Both the position numbers and the translations under genes were made by a program. The notes below the pieces were generated by a model. The model was not told the DNA's origin, searched no databases, and worked only from the letters and a program-made list of their open reading frames with translations. A stretch of DNA of 64,000 bases. Origin: Candidatus Velthaea sp. GTDB taxonomy: Bacteria > Vulcanimicrobiota > Vulcanimicrobiia > Vulcanimicrobiales > Vulcanimicrobiaceae. Shown here in pieces: positions 36,615 through 47,270 of the stretch (within the stretch, counting starts at the first letter, position 1; each line of letters begins with the position of its first letter). The DNA lies in the NCBI GenBank assembly GCA_965214935.1, contig CBDCCS010000022.1, forward strand, positions 448,001 through 512,000, written 5' to 3'.

Positions 36615-37973
36615 CTACTTGTAGTAGCCGGCCTGCTGCATGGTGTGTTGCGTTTGCTGCTGTGAAAGGTCGAGCGCCGCGTCGATGGTCGAACCGCCGC
36701 TGAGGACGGCCGCCAGATTCTGGGTCACTTGCGTACCGATCTGTTGGAATTCCTTGATCCCGACGAACTGGACGCCCGTGTACGGCACCTTATTGAGGGT
36801 TGAGTTCGTCGGATCCGCGGTTTGAATCGACTTGAGAATCAGGTCGCCGTACGGAGCCGCTTTCTTGTAGTTCGGATCGCTGAAGGTCGATAAACGCGTG
36901 CCGGGCGGAACGTTGCCCCAGCCCTTATCGGCGGCGATCAAGCGGATGTACTTCTTGTTCGTTGCCCAGGTGAGGAATTTAAAGGCATCGTCCTTGTGTT
37001 TGCTCGACGATTCCATCGCCAACGACCAGGCCCAAAGCCAATGCGAACCCTTCGGCGTCACTTTGGTCGGCGAATACGCGAAACCGACATCCTCGGCAAC
37101 TTTCGATTGTTTGGGATCGGTGATCACGCCCGAGGCAGACGTCGCATCGACCCACATCGCAACCTTGGCTTGCGTGAAGTTCGTTTCACACTCGGTGAAG
37201 CCGGCCGACGAAGCACCGGGCTCGCCATAATTCTTGATCGTGTTCAGATAAAACGAGATTGCATCTTTGGTCGCGCCGGCATTGAGTGTCGGCTCCCACT
37301 TTTCGTCGAACCATTGGCCGCCGAACGTGTTGATGACCGTCGTCATCGGTGCGCCCATTTCGCCCCAGCCCGGCAGGCCGCGCAGGCAGATGCCGTACTG
37401 GTTTTTCGACGGCGCGTTGAGCGTCTTGGCAAAACCCGCAATTTGATCCCACGTCGGACGTTCAGGCATCGTTAAACCGGCGGCTTTAAAAAGACGCTTG
37501 TTATAAAACGTCATCGAGCTTTCGCCGTAAAACGGCACCGCGTAAAGCGAGCCGTCATACGACAAGCCTTTGCGGATGCTCGGAATCACGTCGTTGAGAT
37601 CGTAGTCGGCCTTGCCTTTGGCATCCATTTTGTCGAAGTATGGGCCGAGGTCGACAATCCACTTATTCTTTGCCCAAATAGGCACTTCGTACGTACCGAC
37701 CGTGGCGATGTCGAACTGGCCGCCGCCGGTCGCGATATCGGCCGTAACTTTCTGGCGCAGCGTATTCTCGGGTAACGTCTCGAAGTTGACTTTAATGCCG
37801 GTTTGCTTGGTGAAATCGGCGACGGCATGCTGCATGTCGACCATTTGCGGATTATTGACGGTCGCGATCGTCAGCGTCGATTCGCCTTGAGCGACGGCAA
37901 CCGGCGGAGGAGCGGCTGAAAAAACGATTGCGCTCGTCCCGATAAATGCGAGAATTCGGCTTTTTGTATTCAC
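36615..37973 (-). CDS. Polyol (sorbitol/mannitol) ABC substrate-binding protein (SmoE/MtlE-like)
   Basis: TIATVNNPQM, LPENTLRQKVT.DIAT, PFYGESS, GICLRG.PGWGE, WLWAWSL and VPYTGVQFV. Confidence 0.9.
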   Translation of the reverse strand: MNTKSRILAFIGTSAIVFSAAPPPVAVAQGESTLTIATVNNPQMVDMQHAVADFTKQTGIKVNFETLPENTLRQKVTADIATGGGQFDIATVGTYEVPIWAKNKWIVDLGPYFDKMDAKGKADYDLNDVIPSIRKGLSYDGSLYAVPFYGESSMTFYNKRLFKAAGLTMPERPTWDQIAGFAKTLNAPSKNQYGICLRGLPGWGEMGAPMTTVINTFGGQWFDEKWEPTLNAGATKDAISFYLNTIKNYGEPGASSAGFTECETNFTQAKVAMWVDATSASGVITDPKQSKVAEDVGFAYSPTKVTPKGSHWLWAWSLAMESSSKHKDDAFKFLTWATNKKYIRLIAADKGWGNVPPGTRLSTFSDPNYKKAAPYGDLILKSIQTADPTNSTLNKVPYTGVQFVGIKEFQQIGTQVTQNLAAVLSGGSTIDAALDLSQQQTQHTMQQAGYYK

Positions 37974-37986
37974 GTGTTTCTTTCTT

Positions 37987-38988
37987 TTAGCTCGTAGCCG
38001 CTGTGCGCGTCGGCGGCGCCATGAATTCGGGGCCGACGGGGTCATGGATCGTACGTTTGAGGATTGAATCTATTTCATCGAGCGTTGCCCGATCGATGTT
38101 AAAGCCCATTGCGCCCTCGACGTCGTCGAGTTGCGCCGGTTTGCGCGCGCCCCATAGTGCGATGCCGACTCCGGACTGCTCGAGCAGCCAGCGCACCGCC
38201 AGATCGATCACTCGCTTTCCGTATCTTTCCTGCGCTAAGGCGTCCAGGGCATCGACCGCATCGAGATATTGCGAAAGCCGCGGCTCCTGATACTTCGGGT
38301 CGCGTCCGCGCAGATCGTCGCCCTTGAATTCACGGTTGCGGGTAACCGTACCACTCAAAAGTCCACGGCACAATGCGCCATAAGTCATGCCGACGATACC
38401 GTGCTTGGCGCAATACGGTAGAACTTCGAGCTCCGCATCGCGTTCGAAGAGATTGAACGGCGGCTGTGAGGTGTGTAATGGAGCGACGGCGCGAAACGCG
38501 GCCATCTGCTCGGCGGAATAATTACTGACGCCGATCGCACGGATCTTCCCTGCGTCCAGTAACGCTTTCATCGCCGTTGCCGTCTCTTCGATCGGCGTCA
38601 GCGGGTCGGGCCAATGCACCTGGTAGACGTCGATGTAATCGGTTTGAAGGCGACGCAACGAATCGTCGATCTCCTTCTCGATTCGCGCGCGCGTCCCGTT
38701 GCGAAACACGCTGCCGTCTTCGGTCCAGTCTAACGTCACTTTGGTGGCAATGACCGCTTTGTCGCGACGCCCGCCCGCGAGCGCACGACCGACGATTTCC
38801 TCAGAGTTCCCGTAGCCGTAAACGGCCGCGGTATCGACGAGCGTTATCCCGCGATCGATGGCGGAATGGATCGTCGCGATCGCTTCGCGCTCTTCGGTGC
38901 CGCCCCACATCCAGCCGCCGATCGCCCACGCACCTAAGCCGATTCGCGAAGCGCGCACACCAGTGTTGCCGATTTCTATGTATTCCAA
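37987..38988 (-). CDS. Aldo/keto reductase (YhdN-like)
   Basis: GAWAIGGWMWGG, DTAAVYG, IATK, YQVHWPD and IGVSN. Confidence 0.9.
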   Translation of the reverse strand: MEYIEIGNTGVRASRIGLGAWAIGGWMWGGTEEREAIATIHSAIDRGITLVDTAAVYGYGNSEEIVGRALAGGRRDKAVIATKVTLDWTEDGSVFRNGTRARIEKEIDDSLRRLQTDYIDVYQVHWPDPLTPIEETATAMKALLDAGKIRAIGVSNYSAEQMAAFRAVAPLHTSQPPFNLFERDAELEVLPYCAKHGIVGMTYGALCRGLLSGTVTRNREFKGDDLRGRDPKYQEPRLSQYLDAVDALDALAQERYGKRVIDLAVRWLLEQSGVGIALWGARKPAQLDDVEGAMGFNIDRATLDEIDSILKRTIHDPVGPEFMAPPTRTAATS

Positions 38989-38999
38989 ATTCTCTCCAT

Positions 39000-40100
39000 T
39001 TAGCGCACCGGCTGCGCTGAAAATCGTAAGATTGTTTCCGAATGAAACCGCTGCCCGGGCTCTAAGCGCGTCGTCGGAAACGACGGCTGATTCGGTGAAT
39101 CCGGAAAGTGTTGTGTTTCAAGGGCGAAGCCTGCCGACTGGCGATAGAGCGCTCCGCCGCTGCCGACTTCACTGCCGGTCAAGAAATTGCCGCTATAAAA
39201 TTGAATCCCGGGTTCGGTCGTTAAAACGTCCAGCGCGCGGCCGCTCTGCGGATCGGTGGCTCGCGCGGCACGTACGAGCGTATCGGCCGACCGCCGGTCA
39301 AGCACCCAATTGTGGTCGTAGCCGAGTGCCGCCACGAGTTGCGGATGCGATTCGCGAATACGCGCACCGATCGCTTGTGCGGTGCGAAAATCGAACGGCG
39401 TCCCGGCTACACCGGCCAACTCACCGGTCGGAATCATATTCGCGTCGACGGGCGTGAACTGCGCAGCATCGATCGTGATCAAGGTATCGAGCACGTCACC
39501 CGAACTCTCGCCGCGCAAATTGAAGTAACTGTGGTTGGTAAGGTTGACGATCGTCGTTGCACTCGTCGTCGCGCCGTACGTAATGTGCAGATCGCTTTCG
39601 TTCTCGACCGTATAAGTCACATGGACGTCGAGTTGTCCGGGGTAACCTTGATCGCCGTCGACGCTCGTATGATGGAGGCGCAATGACGCCGGCGTGACTT
39701 CTTCGACCATCCAAACGGCACGGTCGTAGCCCGGCGCTCCGCCGTGCAAAGAGTTCGGCGGGTTGTTGACGGGCAGCGAATAATTTGTGCCGTCAATCGT
39801 GAATTGCCCGGCAGCGATCCGATTACCGTAGCGACCGATGATCGAACCGAAGTATGTATTCGGTGCTTGAACGTAACCGGCTAAATCGGGATAACCGAGG
39901 ACGACGTTGGCATAATTGCCCGCGACATCCGGAACGTCGATCGTATCGATAATACCGCCGTACGTTAAAATACCAACGCGGATTCCACCGCCCGAGCGTA
40001 AGACGTAACGTTCGATCTCGCGCCCATCCGGCAAACGCCCGTAGACAACGGCTTTGCCCGGCTCGATTTCATCCATCGACGTAGGCATTGCGGCGCTCAT
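39000..40100 (-). CDS. galM: Aldose 1-epimerase
   Basis: GRYGNRI, LHGG, NLTNHSYFNL, GYDHNW and ETQHFPDSPN. Confidence 0.92.
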   Translation of the reverse strand: MSAAMPTSMDEIEPGKAVVYGRLPDGREIERYVLRSGGGIRVGILTYGGIIDTIDVPDVAGNYANVVLGYPDLAGYVQAPNTYFGSIIGRYGNRIAAGQFTIDGTNYSLPVNNPPNSLHGGAPGYDRAVWMVEEVTPASLRLHHTSVDGDQGYPGQLDVHVTYTVENESDLHITYGATTSATTIVNLTNHSYFNLRGESSGDVLDTLITIDAAQFTPVDANMIPTGELAGVAGTPFDFRTAQAIGARIRESHPQLVAALGYDHNWVLDRRSADTLVRAARATDPQSGRALDVLTTEPGIQFYSGNFLTGSEVGSGGALYRQSAGFALETQHFPDSPNQPSFPTTRLEPGQRFHSETILRFSAQPVR

Positions 40101-40906
40101 CGAACCGGGACCTCGGTTGCTTTCGCGCCGAGTCCCGATTTAACCATCGTAATGAGTTGTTCTTCGGTGATTTCAGACGTTTTCACGTCGAGTACGATCT
40201 CTCCGGCAAACAGAAAATTGATCCGGTCACAAACTTGAAAAATCTGCGAATAATTGTGGACGATGAGAATAACCGAAACGTCGCGCCGGCGGCGAATCTC
40301 TTGGACCAGATCTAAGACGTGGCCGCCTTCACGCACGCCGAGCGCCGCGAGCGGTTCGTCCATGATAAGCAATTTCGGCGCGGACTGCATCGCGCGCGCA
40401 ACGGCGATTGATTGACGTTGGCCACCCGACAAATCGCGCACTAAACTATCGACGGATGCTAAGCGAATGCCGACCTGATCGAGAAACGCGCGCGTCTGCA
40501 CGCGCATTGCCGTTGCATCGGTCAACGGCAATACACCCAGAACGCGCTTGATGGGCTCGCGTCCCAGGAACATGTTTTGCGCGACGGTCAGATCGTTGAC
40601 CAGCGCTAAATCCTGATATACCGTTTCAATCCCTTGAGCGCGCGCCTGCGTCGGTGATGCCATGTTCAACGCCTGGCCTTCCCACGATAGCTGACCGGAC
40701 GTCGGCTGGTGAAAACCGGACAGGATCTTAATGAAGGTCGACTTGCCCGCACCGTTGTCGCCGACGAGTGCGACAACTTCGCCCCGCGCGATATGCATGT
40801 TCAGATCGCGCAGCACGATACTGGGGCCGTAGTTCTTCGTAACGTGTTCGGCGCGCAGAAGTTCGGGTGCCGGGCCGAGCGGCGGAATCGCATCGATAAC
40901 GGTCAC
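40097..40906 (-). CDS. Sugar ABC transporter ATP-binding protein
   Basis: GDNGAGKS, VYQDLAL and LSGGQRQ. Confidence 0.9.
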   Translation of the reverse strand: MTVIDAIPPLGPAPELLRAEHVTKNYGPSIVLRDLNMHIARGEVVALVGDNGAGKSTFIKILSGFHQPTSGQLSWEGQALNMASPTQARAQGIETVYQDLALVNDLTVAQNMFLGREPIKRVLGVLPLTDATAMRVQTRAFLDQVGIRLASVDSLVRDLSGGQRQSIAVARAMQSAPKLLIMDEPLAALGVREGGHVLDLVQEIRRRRDVSVILIVHNYSQIFQVCDRINFLFAGEIVLDVKTSEITEEQLITMVKSGLGAKATEVPVR

Positions 40907-41937
40907 GTTTGACGCACCCGTAAAGCCGTTAGCCGGATATTGAGAGTCATCGCTACGACGATAGCAATTCCCAGCGGAACGTCGGCAAATCCGGCTTGCG
41001 CGCCGACCAGCGGCAGACCGTTGTTGAGCGAAGCAACGACAAATGCGCCGATGAGTGCACCGATGACCGTCCCGGAACCACCGAAGAGCGACGTCCCGCC
41101 GATAACCGCTGCGGCAATAGCATATAGGGTAAGGGTATTATCACCGGCCGACGGATCGATCGATCCGCTCGCACACGACTCGATGATTCCGGCGAAACCG
41201 GCGAGCACACCCATGATCACGAAGTTCAAAATTTTGGTGCGCTGCGTGCGAATACCGAGTTCACGCGCCGCTAGTAGATTGCTGCCGACGGCGATGGTAT
41301 GTAAACCGAAGCGCGTGCGGCGTAAGACGACCGCAAAGGCAATCGTTATTGCAACAAGCCAAAGAAATGCAGCGATTTGCGAAATGCCCGTACCCGCGTT
41401 CTGTTGGTCTCCGCCAAGAAAAACATTGATGAAGCTATCCGGCGTGTGCGCCGGCTGACTGTGACTTACCGTGAGCACCGCGCCGTTTAAGAGAAACAGC
41501 ATGCCCAACGTCGAGATAAGCGACGGTACGCCCAAGCGCACCGTCATGATCCCGTTGATCCATCCGATGCCGGCGGCGCCGACGAGCGCGAGCGGAATGG
41601 CGAGTGCAAACGGCAATCCGACTTGGGTTAAATAAAATGCGAAGAACGGCGTTGTCGAATAAATCTTTGCGGCCGAAAGATCGATCTCGCCGGTGATCAT
41701 CAACATCGCTTCGCCGACGGCGATCAACCCGTATTGCGCGGTACTTGCCAACAAGACCGGAACTTCGGAACTTAAGAATGCGCCGTTTAAGACCTCGAAC
41801 ACGAGGGCGATGACGATCGCTACGGCGGTGATACCTGTTTCGGGATAGGTAATGAGCCGGCGGAACCGTTCGCCGGCCGAACGCGACGGTAGCGGCGGCC
41901 GGCCGGCCGGAGCCGGCACGCTCAACGCTTCACTCAC
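40903..41937 (-). CDS. Sugar ABC transporter permease (RbsC family)
   Basis: GEIDLS, PSLISTLG and AAAVIGGTSLFGG. Confidence 0.9.
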   Translation of the reverse strand: MSEALSVPAPAGRPPLPSRSAGERFRRLITYPETGITAVAIVIALVFEVLNGAFLSSEVPVLLASTAQYGLIAVGEAMLMITGEIDLSAAKIYSTTPFFAFYLTQVGLPFALAIPLALVGAAGIGWINGIMTVRLGVPSLISTLGMLFLLNGAVLTVSHSQPAHTPDSFINVFLGGDQQNAGTGISQIAAFLWLVAITIAFAVVLRRTRFGLHTIAVGSNLLAARELGIRTQRTKILNFVIMGVLAGFAGIIESCASGSIDPSAGDNTLTLYAIAAAVIGGTSLFGGSGTVIGALIGAFVVASLNNGLPLVGAQAGFADVPLGIAIVVAMTLNIRLTALRVRQT

Positions 41938-41969
41938 GTCCGCACGCTCGCCGAACCGTGGTCATCGGG

Positions 41970-43001
41970 TTACGACTGTCCCTCGTACCGGCTATTTCCG
42001 AGATACGGATGCACGCTGTCTTTGGTGACGAATTTCAAACCGGTATCGCTGTCGGCCGGTGACATAAGCGTGCCGGATGCTTTGGCCAAATACATTTGCA
42101 GCACCGGATAATACCCTTGCAGATACGGCTGCTGATCGATGGTGAAGTCGAGATTACCGGCGTTGATGGCACTGAGCGTACCGGGCAACAGATCGTAGCC
42201 TCCGGTGCCGACCTTCTTAGCACTCAAGCCATACTTCTTCGAGATGATTCCGATCGCTTCAGTACTGCCGCCGTCGACGGCAAACAACCCGTTCACGTTC
42301 TTGTGGCCGTTATAATAGGACTCGACCGTCGAACGCTCTTGCGTTACGAGTGCACCGGTAGCAACTTGCTCGAACGTGATGTTTTTGCCCGACTTCTTCA
42401 ATGAGTCGATCGCGCCGTCGATGCGCGGCTGCAGATTGAGCGAGCCGGGGGTGGCGATGAAAAGCGCGACATGGCCGCCGCTAGACACGAGCGAGGCGAT
42501 GCGCTGACCCATGAGCTGTCCGGATTTGAAGAGATCCTGACCGATGTACGCCTGACGCTTATTATGACTCGACGCCGGCGCATCGGCATTATAGCCGACC
42601 ACCGGAATACCGGCGGCCAGCGCCTGTCCGACAACACCGTTAAACGCCGTCGCATCGACAAGACACAGCGCAATGCCGTCGGCTTTGTTGTTGATCGCCG
42701 TCTGCATGGCGCGCACCATCTCGCTCACGTTACTGGTCTCAGAACCGGTCCAGCGATACGAGCAACCGACGAGTGCGCAGGCATCGGTCGCACCGTATTG
42801 CGTCGCGGTGAAGAACGGATTCGTCGTTACGTGATTGACGAAAACGAATTTGTAGTCGGTTTTACCGGCCGCGCGCGCGGGCAAAGCGGCCGCCGCGATT
42901 GCCGCGGCGCCGGCGGCGCCGAGGAGTGATGCCCGGCTCAGTGCCGACCGGTTGGGAACGGCGCCGCCCACGGGCGCAACAGAATCGAGATCGTCTAACA
43001 A
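41970..43001 (-). CDS. Sugar ABC substrate-binding protein (periplasmic binding protein type 1)
   Basis: FVNHVTTNPFF, IPVVGYN, YIGQD and TIDQQPYLQGY. TTG start after GGAGA. Confidence 0.85.
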   Translation of the reverse strand: MLDDLDSVAPVGGAVPNRSALSRASLLGAAGAAAIAAAALPARAAGKTDYKFVFVNHVTTNPFFTATQYGATDACALVGCSYRWTGSETSNVSEMVRAMQTAINNKADGIALCLVDATAFNGVVGQALAAGIPVVGYNADAPASSHNKRQAYIGQDLFKSGQLMGQRIASLVSSGGHVALFIATPGSLNLQPRIDGAIDSLKKSGKNITFEQVATGALVTQERSTVESYYNGHKNVNGLFAVDGGSTEAIGIISKKYGLSAKKVGTGGYDLLPGTLSAINAGNLDFTIDQQPYLQGYYPVLQMYLAKASGTLMSPADSDTGLKFVTKDSVHPYLGNSRYEGQS

Positions 43002-43463
43002 GCTCGTTATATCTCCATAAACGTTCGGCGAGTGCCGAACTTCCGCAAGTCGTCCGCACCGTTCAGCGCTGCGATCCTCACGTATCGTCCACATCAACGA
43101 ACGCACGGAGATTCAAAGTTCCTAAATCACGCCGAATTCAGGTAGAGTTCTTCCGCACAGGTGCGGGATCAAATAGGTAAATCCTTTACATAAGCGAGCC
43201 GCTTCACGGAGCGTTCCCCCGTGCGGCGACCGTTCGGTGCCAAGCCGCCCTCGCGCGGGCCGGCTATAACGCGTCGGGTTGCTCGAAGGCGACGAACCGT
43301 ACAAGCGATACGCGCGCCCAACCGCCGATCGTGGACGGCGTGCGCCACGCTTAGCCCGCCGCTCGAGAGCGCTCGAATCGCCAACCGCCGATCTTCGCGT
43401 TGTTTACCGTCCAGGCCACCTTGCAGCGCCTTTGCAATAGCCTGGAACTCGTCGTCATAGGCT

Positions 43464-43964
43464 ATGCGCGTATCGTCGCCGGCTCGCGCCGTCTCGAGCG
43501 AAAGCGTCGGCAGCGCACACGAGCTAGCCAGATCGACCCGACGCTTAAGCCGATATGGTCCGTGGGCAGTTATCACCGGTGCCTCGTCGGGCATCGGTCG
43601 TGCAACGGCCTTGCGGCTCGGCAAGTCCAGCCTCAACGTGGTGCTCGTAGGCCGGCGCCGCGCCTTGCTCACTGGCGTTGCTGCAGAGATTGCGCGTTCA
43701 ACGAACATCGAGACACGGGTCGTCGTAGCGGATCTCGCTACGTCGGTCGGGCTTAAGACGGTTGAAGACACGTGCGATAGTTTAGATATCGGATTGTTTG
43801 TCGCCGCCGCCGGCTTTGGAACGTCGGGCGCATTCCTCACCGTAAACCCTCGTTTCCGAACTCGAGATGCTGGCCGTAGATTGCGGCGTGCTCATTTGCG
43901 AACTCGCATCATGGCGCGAGTGATGGGCGAGATGACCAAGCATCAGCGAAAATCGTCACGCTAA
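43464..43964 (+). pseudogene. Decayed short-chain dehydrogenase
   Basis: YGPWAVITGASSGIG...AAAGFG, then a frameshift (~43850) and a jump to a C-terminal-like segment. No YxxxK motif. Confidence 0.65.
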
Positions 43965-44017
43965 CTCGGCGCGATGCAGAGCGTCGGTTCCGTTGCATTC
44001 CGTTACCGCCGATAGAC

Positions 44018-44310
44018 TTAAATCAACACTGTTGCTACTGCATACGCACCAAGGATGCGATCGGCGGTGACGATCGTCAAGCTCTCGACCTCTGCCTGAG
44101 CAACGATCATGCGATCGAACGGATAGCGGTGACTGTGAGGCAGCAATGCAAGCGCGTTAAGGTGTGCCGTCTCACGATCGAGCAAACCGAAACGTTGCCG
44201 CTCCAGTTGCTTCTGCACGTAACTGCCAGGCTTGGTGCTCGCAATCGATACGAAGACGCGCGTATAAACGTTCTCAACGTCGCGCCGCAACGCGCCGGGT
44301 ATCCGGACGC
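44018..44310 (-). pseudogene. Degenerate VapC/PIN toxin remnant
   Basis: VFVSIAS...LPHSHRYPFDRMIVAQA...IVTAD. The N-terminal LLDTH and WEIAIK segments are missing and HRDPFD has become HRYPFD. Confidence 0.7.
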
Positions 44311-44312
44311 TA

Positions 44313-44552
44313 TTACCTAGCTTCGAAAGCTTTTTGCATGTCGTCCGGTAGCGGGTCATCGGAATCGTCGGGAATCGTAGAGTCGCCGCGGCCAATCCCA
44401 AATCCCCGATTGGGCGACGGCGGTACGACTTCTTGTAACGGCACAATCCGAGCGATCGGATAACCGTGCCGCGATAGAATGATTTCTTCACCACGTGGTG
44501 CACGAGCCGCCAGTTGGGACAGTTGAGCCTTAGCTTCGGCAATTACGACCAT
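44313..44552 (-). CDS. Phd/YefM-family antitoxin
   Basis: IAEAKAQLSQL...GEEIILSRHGYPIARIVP...DDPLPDD. Confidence 0.8.
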   Translation of the reverse strand: MVVIAEAKAQLSQLAARAPRGEEIILSRHGYPIARIVPLQEVVPPSPNRGFGIGRGDSTIPDDSDDPLPDDMQKAFEAR

Positions 44553-44560
44553 GCCGCCCG

Positions 44561-44588
44561 ACTCTAGCCAGATGACCAAGTTGGTCAA
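44561..44588 (-). promoter_or_regulatory. TA promoter with palindromic operator
   Basis: TTGACC, 16 nt, TAGAGT. Inverted repeat TGACCAA-g-TTGGTCA at 44573-44587. Confidence 0.55.
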
Positions 44589-44704
44589 ATCGTGTAAACG
44601 CTGTACCACGATCAACAGCGGGCGACTTCGTCCGACCAGGGTTGAGTCGAGGCGCTTTTCTAATAAGGCCACGTATGAATCGCACTCAAATCGCGAACCC
44701 GTGA

Positions 44705-46198
44705 ATGGCGACGCACACGATTGGGATCGACCTCGGCACCACCGGGGCACGCGCGGTTCGGATCGATGACCGCGGAACGCTCGTAGCAAGCGAAACGGCG
44801 CCGTATCTGCTCTTAACTCCGCAACCCGGCTGGACCGAGCAAGAACCCGAGAACTGGTGGACGGCAGCACAGACCGCAATACGCTCCGTCGTTGCGGCGC
44901 ACGAAGCGCCGATCGGCGCCGTCGGCGTGACCGGTCAGATGCACGGCGCCGTTTTCCTCGATGAACGGCACCACTCGATCCGCCCGGCGATTTTATGGAA
45001 CGACCAGCGCACCGCAGCCGCGGCGCAGATCATCGATGAGGTCGTCGGCCGCAGCCGGTTGGCGCGCATCACGGGTAACCGCGCGCTGACCGGCTTTCAA
45101 GCCCCCAAGATCGTCTGGTTGCGCGAAGCTGAGCCGGAAAATTACGCGCGCGTTCGCGCCGTCGTGTTACCGAAAGATTTTCTCCGCCTGCGTCTGACGG
45201 ATACGCTCGGTTCGGATGTGTCCGATGCGTCCGGAACGCTGCTGTTGGACTTGACGACACGCACGTGGTCAAACGAGATCTTGCGCGACCTCGATTTTCC
45301 CGAAGCGTGGTTTGCACCCGTCGCCGAGAGTCCGTCCATTACCGCGCACATCTCCGAAGACGGCGCACGAGCGACGGGCCTTAAAGCCGGCACTCCGGTC
45401 GTCGCGGGGGCCGGCGACAACGCGGCCGCCGCGATCGGGAGCGGCGTCGTTCGCGGCGGCGCCGGATTGGTCTCGCTCGGCACGTCAGGCGTCGTCCTGG
45501 CACATAGCGATCGCGCGGTCGTGGATCCCACCGGTGCACTGCACGCATTCTGCGCAGCCGTGCCGGGCGGCTATCACTTAATGGGCGTGATGCTATCGGC
45601 GGGCGGCAGTCTACGCTGGTTGCGCGATGCATTCAGTTCGCCCGGAGAATCGTACGATGCACTCGTCGCGCCGGCGCGCGACGTTGCGGCGGGCGCGCAA
45701 GGATTGCAGTTTCTACCGTATTTATCCGGCGAACGGACTCCGCATATGGACCCCGACGCCCGCGGCGCCTTTCTCGGACTTAGCTTGGCACACACGCGGG
45801 CGCATCTCGTGCGCGCCGTGCTCGAAGGCGTTGCGTTCGGGCTCAATGAGGGTTTGACACGCATGCGAGCCCTCGACACGGAGCCGGCCGAGTTGATTGC
45901 GACCGGTAACGGGATGTCCAATCCGACCTGGCGCGCGATTATCGCAGCCGTACTCGACCGGCCGTTGAGGCGACTCCTCGTCGACGAAGGTCCGGCGTTC
46001 GGCGCAGCATTATTAGCCGCCGTCGGCATCGGTACGTTTGCGTCCGTTGAAGATACGGCGCAAGTTGTCGAGTTGGCCGCACACGCCGATCGGCCGGAGC
46101 CCGAACTGGTAACCATCTACAAACGGGAATACGAGCGATTCACGCGCGCGTATCCGGCGTTGCGCGCGATGCGCGATTCCGTCGCCGTCCTTTCTTAG
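44705..46198 (+). CDS. xylB: Xylulokinase
   Basis: GIDLGTT, TGQMHG, ILWNDQRT, LPKDFLR, GAGDNAA, SLGTSG and PYLSGERTP. Confidence 0.9.
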   Translation: MATHTIGIDLGTTGARAVRIDDRGTLVASETAPYLLLTPQPGWTEQEPENWWTAAQTAIRSVVAAHEAPIGAVGVTGQMHGAVFLDERHHSIRPAILWNDQRTAAAAQIIDEVVGRSRLARITGNRALTGFQAPKIVWLREAEPENYARVRAVVLPKDFLRLRLTDTLGSDVSDASGTLLLDLTTRTWSNEILRDLDFPEAWFAPVAESPSITAHISEDGARATGLKAGTPVVAGAGDNAAAAIGSGVVRGGAGLVSLGTSGVVLAHSDRAVVDPTGALHAFCAAVPGGYHLMGVMLSAGGSLRWLRDAFSSPGESYDALVAPARDVAAGAQGLQFLPYLSGERTPHMDPDARGAFLGLSLAHTRAHLVRAVLEGVAFGLNEGLTRMRALDTEPAELIATGNGMSNPTWRAIIAAVLDRPLRRLLVDEGPAFGAALLAAVGIGTFASVEDTAQVVELAAHADRPEPELVTIYKREYERFTRAYPALRAMRDSVAVLS

Positions 46199-46220
46199 TC
46201 ACTTGTCAGAGGAGACGATT

Positions 46221-47270
46221 ATGGTAGAAACCGCGATGCGCGTTGCCGTCCTCGAGCGCCAAAACGTCATGTCGATGCAAGAACGCCGGCGGCCGGAGCC
46301 CGGACCGAACGACGTCCTCGTGCGCGTGCACCGGGTCGGCGTTTGCGGATCGGACGTGCATTACTATACGCACGGCCGGATCGGCGGATTTATCGTTGAA
46401 AAGCCGATCGTGCTCGGGCACGAGATGGCGGGCGTCATCGAAGATGTCGGGCCGGGCGTTGACCGCAGCCGGATCGGCGAACGCGTCGCCGTTGAACCCG
46501 GTGTTCCGGATCGCACCTGTGAATGGTGCCGGCGCGGCCGCTATAATTTGTGTCCGAACGTCGTGTTCATGGCGACGCCGCCGTACGACGGCGCACTCGC
46601 CGATTACATCGTCTCGCCGAGCGATTTCGCGTTCGCGTTGCCCGACAACGTTTCGCTCGACGAAGGCGCGATGATGGAACCGCTGTCGGTCGGCGTGTAT
46701 GCGATTCACCGCAGCGGCCTCAAAGCCGGGGATACGGTTGCCGTGTTCGGCGCGGGCCCGATCGGCTTGGTGACGCTGCAAGTCGCGCGCGCAGCAGGCG
46801 CGGGCGCCATTACCGTCATCGATTTGGAGCCGGGGCGTCTTGCGACGGCCAAGCGGCTGGGTGCAACAACGATCATCAATGCCAAGGAGACCAATGCCGT
46901 CGAGGCGCTCATGGCCGGAACCGGCAACCGCGGCGTCGACATCGTTTTCGAGGCAGCCGGAAACGCACGGACGGCCGGCGATGCAGTCCGTATCGCTAAG
47001 CGCGGCGGTAAGGTCGTCATGATCGGCCTGCCGCCCGAAGACAACTTCCCGTATCCGCTCGTTTACGCCATGGCGCGCGAAATCGACATCTTCACCGTCT
47101 TCCGTTACGCAAATGTCTATCCGGCGGCGATCGCACTCGTTGCCGAAGGCCGCGTTGATACGAAGTCGCTCATCACGCACCGTTTTCCGCTCGAGAAAGC
47201 CGAAGACGCATTGTTGCTGTCCGATTCACGCGCCGACGGCGTCATCAAAGCGATGGTTGAAGTCGCATGA
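46221..47270 (+). CDS. Zn-dependent sorbitol/xylitol dehydrogenase
   Basis: GVCGSDVHYY.HGRIG, LGHE, FMATPPYDG, GAGPIG and VFRYANVYP. Confidence 0.9.
   Translation: MVETAMRVAVLERQNVMSMQERRRPEPGPNDVLVRVHRVGVCGSDVHYYTHGRIGGFIVEKPIVLGHEMAGVIEDVGPGVDRSRIGERVAVEPGVPDRTCEWCRRGRYNLCPNVVFMATPPYDGALADYIVSPSDFAFALPDNVSLDEGAMMEPLSVGVYAIHRSGLKAGDTVAVFGAGPIGLVTLQVARAAGAGAITVIDLEPGRLATAKRLGATTIINAKETNAVEALMAGTGNRGVDIVFEAAGNARTAGDAVRIAKRGGKVVMIGLPPEDNFPYPLVYAMAREIDIFTVFRYANVYPAAIALVAEGRVDTKSLITHRFPLEKAEDALLLSDSRADGVIKAMVEVA

Noticed and set aside
46206..47180. Long antisense ORFs (also 31391-32410, 9890-10750, 13388-14143 and others)
   Set aside because: Shadow ORFs typical of GC-rich coding DNA opposite well-supported genes.
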